A DNA stretch of 22,185 nucleotides, taken from IMG/VR virus record IMGVR_UViG_2606217102_000016; one strand, given 5' to 3'. Both the position numbers and the translations under genes were made by a program. This stretch comes from a virus (Duplodnaviria > Heunggongvirae > Uroviricota > Caudoviricetes). Positions 17,344 to 22,185 of the stretch are shown here, one piece after another. The notes under the pieces were generated by a model. That model was not told where the DNA came from and did not search any database. It saw nothing but the letters and a program-made list of their open reading frames with translations. Within the stretch, counting starts at the first letter, position 1. Each line of letters starts with the position of its first letter.

Positions 17344-17554
17344 TGTTCAACCGCCCCGCCCGCTTCGTCTTACGATATTCGTCATAAACCTTGGGATCAT
17401 ACAGAAGCTCGCCGCCAGATGCCTCCTGTAGACGCATCGCGCGACCTTCAGGAACCAGCTCTTGCCATTGAGAAACAGCAGATGGATCAACGCCAGCAGC
17501 TTTCGCTACTTTGGCTTTCGTACCGTAAAAATTAATTACGTCTGATTTAAACAT
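17327..17554 (-). CDS. Cro-like / YdaS-like HTH regulator (75 aa)
   Basis: ATG at 17554 with SD GGAGGTG. Translation MFKSDVINFYGTKAKVAKAAGVDPSAVSQWQELVPEGRAMRLQEASGGELLYDPKVY... has a Cro/YdaS-type HTH (KVAKAAGVDPSAVSQW). It is divergent from the repressor gene. The track start at 17581 is TTG. Confidence 0.7.
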   Translation of the reverse strand: MFKSDVINFYGTKAKVAKAAGVDPSAVSQWQELVPEGRAMRLQEASGGELLYDPKVYDEYRKTKRAGRLNNENHS

Positions 17555-17631
17555 CGCACCTCCAATATTGAGTTTTCTCAATGCTAATCACTCAAGGAAT
17601 CTCAAGTCAAGGGTTATTAAGATATCTAAAT
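17555..17631. promoter_or_regulatory. Immunity-region operator/promoter segment with repeated CTCAAG half-sites
   Basis: The 77-bp divergent intergenic region contains TTGAG-TTTT-CTCAA (17568..17581, a palindrome), then CTCAAGG (17591) and CTCAAGTCAAGG (17601), giving 4-5 copies of the same pentamer in ~45 bp. The layout resembles OR1-OR3. Confidence 0.45.
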
Positions 17632-18039
17632 ATGAACGAGAAAACTTTAGGTCAACGCATTAGAGAAAGACGTAAGCAGGTAGGCTTAAGTCAAAACGGT
17701 TTAAGCAAAGCTGCTGGCGTATCTGGCTCATCAATTTCATTATGGGAAAGTGACCATACAGCCCCGCGCGGGCAAAATTTGCATCGCCTTGCCGAGGTAT
17801 TGCAATGTTCACCAACCTGGATACTGTTTGGCGACGAGGACAAAACACCAGCTCCCCCTGTTTCACTCGATAGTGCCTTAGACTTATCGGAAGATGAGTT
17901 AGAGATGCTGCGTTTGTATCGCGCACTTCCTAAATCAGAGCAACAAGCACAACTCAGCGAACTCCGCGCCCGCGTTGAGAATTTTAATCGCCTGTTCACC
18001 GAGCTATTAGAGGCTCGCAAACGCAACAAGCATCAATAA
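17632..18039 (+). CDS. CI-like prophage repressor, XRE-family HTH (135 aa from ATG 17632; an alternative ATG at 17581 gives 152 aa)
   Basis: HTH segment LGQRIRERRKQVGLSQNGLSKAAGVSGSSISLWESDH. There is no SD before 17632, consistent with leaderless expression as for lambda cI from PRM, but this is inference. Starting at 17581 would leave only 26 bp to the cro-like ATG. Confidence 0.75.
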   Translation: MNEKTLGQRIRERRKQVGLSQNGLSKAAGVSGSSISLWESDHTAPRGQNLHRLAEVLQCSPTWILFGDEDKTPAPPVSLDSALDLSEDELEMLRLYRALPKSEQQAQLSELRARVENFNRLFTELLEARKRNKHQ

Positions 18040-18126
18040 TCATCCCTTCACAAAATTTTAAAGCCTTACATTTCAATGTATTGGCTTTATCTTGCGCCAA
18101 TACTTGAGTTTTCTCATCAAAAAACC

Positions 18127-18181
18127 TTGACGAAAAATAATGAGAAAACTAAATTACCTCCATCAAGACACCGCACGGTGT
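18127..18181 (+). promoter_or_regulatory. Candidate early-left promoter (TTGACG-N17-TAAATT) followed by a 14-bp perfect palindrome
   Basis: TTGACG at 18127..18132, a 17-nt spacer, TAAATT at 18150..18155. The palindrome ACACCG-CA-CGGTGT at 18168..18181 lies just downstream, upstream of the first early-left ORF. Confidence 0.35.
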
Positions 18182-18231
18182 TCTCAGCAAACAGTTCCGC
18201 TACCCCGGCGTTAAGGGGAAATGAGGTCAGC

Positions 18232-18387
18232 ATGGATACTATCGATCTTGGCAACAGCGAATCTCTGGTATGTGGCGTGTTCCCCAACCAGGACGGCACG
18301 TTCACCGCGATGACGTATACCAAAAGCAAAACGTTTAAAACCGAAAATGGTGCCCGTCGCTGGCTGGAAAGAAACTCAGGTGAGTGA
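18232..18387 (+). CDS. Small early-left protein (51 aa), YdaF-like by size and position
   Basis: ATG at 18232 with SD GAGGT. Translation MDTIDLGNSESLVCGVFPNQDGTFTAMTYTKSKTFKTENGARRWLERNSGE. The track ORF 18076..18387 is an upstream extension. Confidence 0.5.
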   Translation: MDTIDLGNSESLVCGVFPNQDGTFTAMTYTKSKTFKTENGARRWLERNSGE

Positions 18388-18388
18388 T

Positions 18389-18964
18389 ATGGATTTCGAC
18401 ACAATCATGGAAAAGGCTTACGAAGAATACTTCGAAGGCCTTGCCGAAGGCGAAGAAGCTCTCAGCTTCAGTGAGTTTAAACAGGCACTCAGAATAAGAA
18501 TGTGCTCTCACAATGACGCGGAGCACAAATATGAGAAGCAAAATCAGACCGCAGAAAATTTTGTTCTGGAACCCGGAGAAACGCTTTTCAAAATTCCCGT
18601 TACGTGCCCCATTTGCGGTTTTACATCAGAAGAACTTGACGACTCCTGTAACAATCAGGAAACAACCAAGTATGTCGAAGATGATACCGAGTGCGCACGA
18701 AGAACGATTATATCCACGAGTCCAAACTCCAGGACCAATAAATCTCACCTTGAGAGGGTGATTAATCCACTCCCCCAAACCAATAAAAAAGATGCCGGAG
18801 GACAAAAAACCCAATGGAACAACGGGATATCTGTCAAAAAAAGACGTTCCATTAAAGACAAACAACGCAGCGCCAACAACTGTAAGCGCTTTATACCAGT
18901 AATCAATTTTCATGTTCTTAAGCGGATTTATTGGTGGTTGCGACATTGCTTAATGAATCCTTAA
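18389..18964 (+). CDS. Early-left ORF of uncertain extent; the first ~105 codons look genuine, the remainder overlaps a convergent membrane-protein ORF
   Basis: ATG at 18389 with SD AGGTGAG, 1 nt after the preceding stop. The N-terminal part MDFDTIMEKAYEEYFEGLAEGEEALSFSEFKQALRIRMCSHNDAEHKYEKQNQTAENFVLEPGETLFKIPVTCPICGFTSEELDD is acidic and protein-like. The C-terminal ~85 aa are K/R/N/S-rich low-complexity, typical of antisense translation of a hydrophobic gene. Confidence 0.4.
   Translation: MDFDTIMEKAYEEYFEGLAEGEEALSFSEFKQALRIRMCSHNDAEHKYEKQNQTAENFVLEPGETLFKIPVTCPICGFTSEELDDSCNNQETTKYVEDDTECARRTIISTSPNSRTNKSHLERVINPLPQTNKKDAGGQKTQWNNGISVKKRRSIKDKQRSANNCKRFIPVINFHVLKRIYWWLRHCLMNP
18626..18946 (-). 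CDS. Small membrane protein (106 aa) on the opposite strand in the early-left region; possible superinfection-exclusion (SieB-like) function by position only
   Basis: Translation MSQPPINPLKNMKIDYWYKALTVVGAALFVFNGTSFFDRYPVVPLGFLSSGIFFIGLGEWINHPLKVRFIGPGVWTRGYNRSSCALGIIFDILGCFLIVTGVVKFF has 2-3 clear hydrophobic helices. Its orientation opposite to the early-left operon is as for sieB in Rac, but no sequence match was established. Confidence 0.45.
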   Translation of the reverse strand: MSQPPINPLKNMKIDYWYKALTVVGAALFVFNGTSFFDRYPVVPLGFLSSGIFFIGLGEWINHPLKVRFIGPGVWTRGYNRSSCALGIIFDILGCFLIVTGVVKFF

Positions 18965-19450
18965 AACTGTGGTGATTTTAAGGATACCACCTCGCCTGAC
19001 GTGGTTAAAAGCAGGCACACAACACGAAAGCGCACGGCGAAGTTCGTCTCACTGTACGGTGTCGTTAAATTTAATTCGACCGTGCGCTTCCGGTTGTGGC
19101 AGCCCGCAAAATGGCGCGGCGGTAAGTATGGCGGGGTTATTCCTTCCCCGTTGAGGACACCGAGTTGTCAGGTTGACCATACGCTTAAGTGACAACCCCG
19201 CTGCAACGCCCTCTGTTATCAATTTTCTGGTGGTGTTTGGCGGTATCAGTTTTACTCCGTGACTGCTCTGCCGCCGTTTTTAAAGTGAATTTTGTGATGC
19301 GGTGAATGCGGCTAAGCGCACGCGGAACAGTTAAAACCAAAAACAGTGTTATGGGTGGATTCTCTGTATCCGGCGTTAATTGTTAACTGGTTAACGTCAC
19401 CTGGAGGCACCAGGCACTGCATCACAAAATTCATTGTTGAGGACGCGATA

Positions 19451-19639
19451 ATGAAAACGTTATTACCAAACGTTAATACGTCTGAAGGTTGTTTTGAAAT
19501 TGGTGTCACTATCAGTAACCCTGTATTTACTGAAGATGCCATTAACAAGAGAAAACAAGAACGGGAGCTATTAAATAAAATATGCATTGTTTCAATGCTG
19601 GCTCGTTTACGTCTGATGCCAAAAGGATGTGCACAATGA
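19451..19639 (+). CDS. Small early-left protein (62 aa), Kil-like by position only
   Basis: ATG at 19451 with SD GAGGA 7 nt upstream. The stop overlaps the next start as ATGA. Confidence 0.5.
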   Translation: MKTLLPNVNTSEGCFEIGVTISNPVFTEDAINKRKQERELLNKICIVSMLARLRLMPKGCAQ

Positions 19640-19827
19640 ATTCAGCATTTGCGCTTGTTCTGACAGTTTTTCTTGTTTCCGGAGAGCCAGTTGATATTGC
19701 AGTCAGTGTTCACAGGACAATGCAGGAGTGTATGACAGCAGCAACCGAACAGAAAATTCCCGGTAACTGTTACCCGGTCGATAAAGTTATTCACCAGGAT
19801 AATATCGAAATCCCGGCAGGTCTTTAA
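19636..19827 (+). CDS. Small exported protein (63 aa) with signal-peptide-like N-terminus
   Basis: Translation MNSAFALVLTVFLVSGEPVDIAVSVHRTMQECMTAATEQKIPGNCYPVDKVIHQDNIEIPAGL. The start is translationally coupled to the previous ORF (ATGA). The track ORF 19582..19827 is an upstream extension. Confidence 0.5.
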   Translation: MNSAFALVLTVFLVSGEPVDIAVSVHRTMQECMTAATEQKIPGNCYPVDKVIHQDNIEIPAGL

Positions 19828-19920
19828 AACAGTTCCGTAATAAATATCCGGTTTCATTCTTATATGCCAGCAATGGCAGGGATTTGTTCATCCTTAAATC
19901 TGTCATGAGGTTAAAACAAA

Positions 19921-22185
19921 ATGAGTAAAGTCTTTATTTGCGCCGCTATTCCTGACGAACTGGCAACAAGGGAAGAAGGCGCTGTGGCTGTAGCCACAGC
20001 CATTGAAGCTGGCGACGAACGCCGTGCTCGAGCAAAATTTCACTGGCAGTTCCTGGAACATTATCCGGCTGCTCAGGACTCCGCTTATAAATTTATTGTC
20101 TGCGAGGATAAACCTGGCATACCCCGCCCTGCCCTCGATTCATGGGATGCTGAATATATGCAGGAAAACCGCTGGGATGAGGAGTCTGCTTCTTTTGTCC
20201 CGGTTGAGACTGAATCCGATCCGATGAACGTCACTTTTGACAAGCTGGCCCCTGAAGTACAGAACGCTGTCATGGTTAAGTTCGACACATGTGAAAACAT
20301 CACCGTTGATATGGTTATTAGCGCACAGGAATTGTTGCAGGAAGACATGGCAACATTCGACGGACATATCGTTGAAGCGTTGATGAAAATGCCAGAAGTT
20401 AACGCCATGTATCCGGAGCTTAAGTTGCACGCCATTGGGTGGGTTAAGCATAAATGTATTCCTGGTGCTAAATGGCCCGAAATTCAGGCAGAGATGCGCA
20501 TCTGGAAAAAACGTCGCGAAGGTGAACGCAAGGAAACCGGAAAATACACGTCTGTTGTTGATCTCGCCCGCGCCAGAGCCAATCAACAGTACACTGAAAA
20601 TTCAACAGGAAAAATCAGCCCGGTCATTGCTGCCATTCATCGCGAATACAAGCAGACATGGAAAACACTGGATGACGAACTGGCCTACGCTCTCTGGCCT
20701 GGTGATGTGGATGCCGGAAACATTGACGGCAGCATCCATCGCTGGGCAAAAAAAGAAGTTATCGACAACGACCGCGAAGACTGGAAGCGTATCTCGGCAT
20801 CAATGCGCAAACAGCCTGATGCCCTTCGCTACGACCGCCAAACTATTTTTGGCCTTGTCCGTGAGCGTCCGATCGACATTCACAAAGATCCCGTAGCACT
20901 GAACAAATATATCTGCGAATACCTGACGACAAAGGGCGTGTTTGAGAATGAAGAAACAGACCTGGGCACTGTTGATGTTCTCCAGTCATCAGAAACACAA
21001 ACTGATGCAGTGGAAACTGAGGTATCTGATATCCCAAAAAATGAAACCGCGCCGGAAGCTGAACCATCTGTAGAGCGTGAGGGGCCGTTTTATTTCCTCT
21101 TCGCAGATAAGGACGGAGAAAAATACGGTCGCGCAAACAAACTTTCTGGTCTGGATAAGGCACTGGCTGCTGGCGCCACTGAAATCACAAAAGAAGAATA
21201 TTTTGCCCGAAAAAATGGCACATACACGGGCTTACCGCAAAATGTAGATACCGCTGAAGATTCAGAACAACCAGAGCCGATAAAAGTTACCGCTGACGAA
21301 GTAAACAAAATTATGCAGGCAGCCAATATCAGCCAGCCTGACGCCGATAAGTTGCTTGCTGCATCACGTGGTGAATTTGTTGAAGGGATTAGTGACCCGA
21401 ATGATCCGAAATGGGTTAAGGGGATCCAGACCCGCGATTCTGTGAACCAGAACCAGCATGAATCGGAACGGAACTACCAAAAAGCGGAACAAAACAGCAC
21501 AAATGCGTTACAAAACGAGCCAGAAACGAAACAGCCTGAACCAGTGGCGCAACAGGAAGTGGAAAAAGTCTGCACCGCCTGCGGTCAGACCGGCGGCGGC
21601 AACTGCCCTGATTGTGGCGCGGTGATGGGCGACGCAACATACCAAGAAACATTCGATGAAGAGTATCAGGTTGAAGTTCAGGAAGATGATCCGGAGGAAA
21701 TGGAAGGCGCTGAACATCCACACAAGGAGAACACTGGCGGCAATCAGCATCACAATAGCGATAATGAAACTGGCGAGACGGCAGATCACTCAATTAAGGT
21801 GAACGGTCATCACGAAATCACATCCGCCAGTAGGACGTGTGACCATCTAATGATCGACCTTGAAACCATGGGAAAAAATCCTGATGCCCCGATTATCTCA
21901 ATAGGTGCAATATTTTTCGATCCGCAAACCGGAGATATGGGACCGGAATTTAGTAAGACTATCGATCTGGAAACTGCTGGCGGAGTCATTGATCGGGACA
22001 CCATTAAATGGTGGCTTAAGCAATCACGCGAAGCGCAATCTGCCATTATGACCGATGAAATCCCGTTAGATGATGCACTGTTACAATTGCGGGAATTTAT
22101 CGACGAAAACTCCGGTGAATTTTTTGTTCAGGTCTGGGGAAATGGAGCCAACTTCGACAACACGATTTTGCGCCGTTCATACGAA
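19921..22185 (+). CDS. Large RecE/exodeoxyribonuclease VIII-like early protein, partial (first ~755 aa; continues beyond the right window edge), with DnaQ-like DEDD exonuclease motifs near residues 640-755
   Basis: ATG at 19921 with SD GAGGT; the frame is open to the window end, which is why it is absent from the supplied track. The N-terminus MSKVFICAAIPDELATREEGAVAVATAIEAGDERRARAKFHWQF... and the linker ...DADKLLAASRGEFVEGISDPNDPKWVKGIQTRD... match my memory of enterobacterial prophage exonuclease VIII proteins (memory only). A CxxC...CxxC zinc ribbon (CTACGQTGGGNCPDCG) is followed by LMIDLETMG ... VQVWGNGANFDNTIL, resembling DEDD Exo I and Exo II motifs. Confidence 0.75.
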   Translation, partial: MSKVFICAAIPDELATREEGAVAVATAIEAGDERRARAKFHWQFLEHYPAAQDSAYKFIVCEDKPGIPRPALDSWDAEYMQENRWDEESASFVPVETESDPMNVTFDKLAPEVQNAVMVKFDTCENITVDMVISAQELLQEDMATFDGHIVEALMKMPEVNAMYPELKLHAIGWVKHKCIPGAKWPEIQAEMRIWKKRREGERKETGKYTSVVDLARARANQQYTENSTGKISPVIAAIHREYKQTWKTLDDELAYALWPGDVDAGNIDGSIHRWAKKEVIDNDREDWKRISASMRKQPDALRYDRQTIFGLVRERPIDIHKDPVALNKYICEYLTTKGVFENEETDLGTVDVLQSSETQTDAVETEVSDIPKNETAPEAEPSVEREGPFYFLFADKDGEKYGRANKLSGLDKALAAGATEITKEEYFARKNGTYTGLPQNVDTAEDSEQPEPIKVTADEVNKIMQAANISQPDADKLLAASRGEFVEGISDPNDPKWVKGIQTRDSVNQNQHESERNYQKAEQNSTNALQNEPETKQPEPVAQQEVEKVCTACGQTGGGNCPDCGAVMGDATYQETFDEEYQVEVQEDDPEEMEGAEHPHKENTGGNQHHNSDNETGETADHSIKVNGHHEITSASRTCDHLMIDLETMGKNPDAPIISIGAIFFDPQTGDMGPEFSKTIDLETAGGVIDRDTIKWWLKQSREAQSAIMTDEIPLDDALLQLREFIDENSGEFFVQVWGNGANFDNTILRRSYE

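Noticed and set aside
16886-17431. Plus-strand ORFs 16886..17176 and 17216..17431
   Set aside because: Antisense to the 173-aa early gene; Ser-rich low-complexity translations.
17660-18029. Minus-strand ORFs 17660..17926 and 17691..18029
   Set aside because: Antisense to the repressor gene, which has a clear HTH.
20085-21793. Cluster of minus-strand and off-frame plus-strand ORFs (20085..20435, 20140..20586, 20435..20896, 20843..21163, 21090..21326, 21416..21793, 21508..21789)
   Set aside because: All lie inside the long plus-strand RecE-like reading frame that runs from 19921 to the window edge, and their translations are low-complexity. They are shadow ORFs of a long gene.

Overview
This window reads as a segment of a defective, mosaic lambdoid prophage of the E. 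coli Qin/Rac type, with almost all genes on the minus strand in phage-map order. From high to low coordinates: an immunity switch (repressor on +, cro-like on -), a replication module, a 595-aa orphan gene on the opposite strand, a hok type I toxin, a DUF968 protein, a Q antiterminator with a candidate tR' terminator, a 3-kb cargo island (lipocalin, DUF523/DUF1722 protein, AraC-family regulator), the lysis cassette (pinholin, unknown gene, SAR-type endolysin, nested spanins), the cspI-ynfN-gnsB cluster, a chimeric terminase'-'lom deletion scar, and a side tail fibre gene running off the left edge. The right end carries the early-left operon on the plus strand, ending in a large RecE-like exonuclease gene that runs off the right edge. 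Head and tail genes are absent, so the element is cryptic. The strongest candidate for an undescribed system is the 595-aa orphan ORF (13428..15215), which carries a C-terminal Rx4H HEPN-like motif and sits beside hok, though that call rests on a single short motif. All protein assignments come from reading the translations and from remembered family signatures; no database search was run. Several ORFs in the supplied track begin with GTG/TTG, and I re-picked starts where an ATG with a Shine-Dalgarno was visible.
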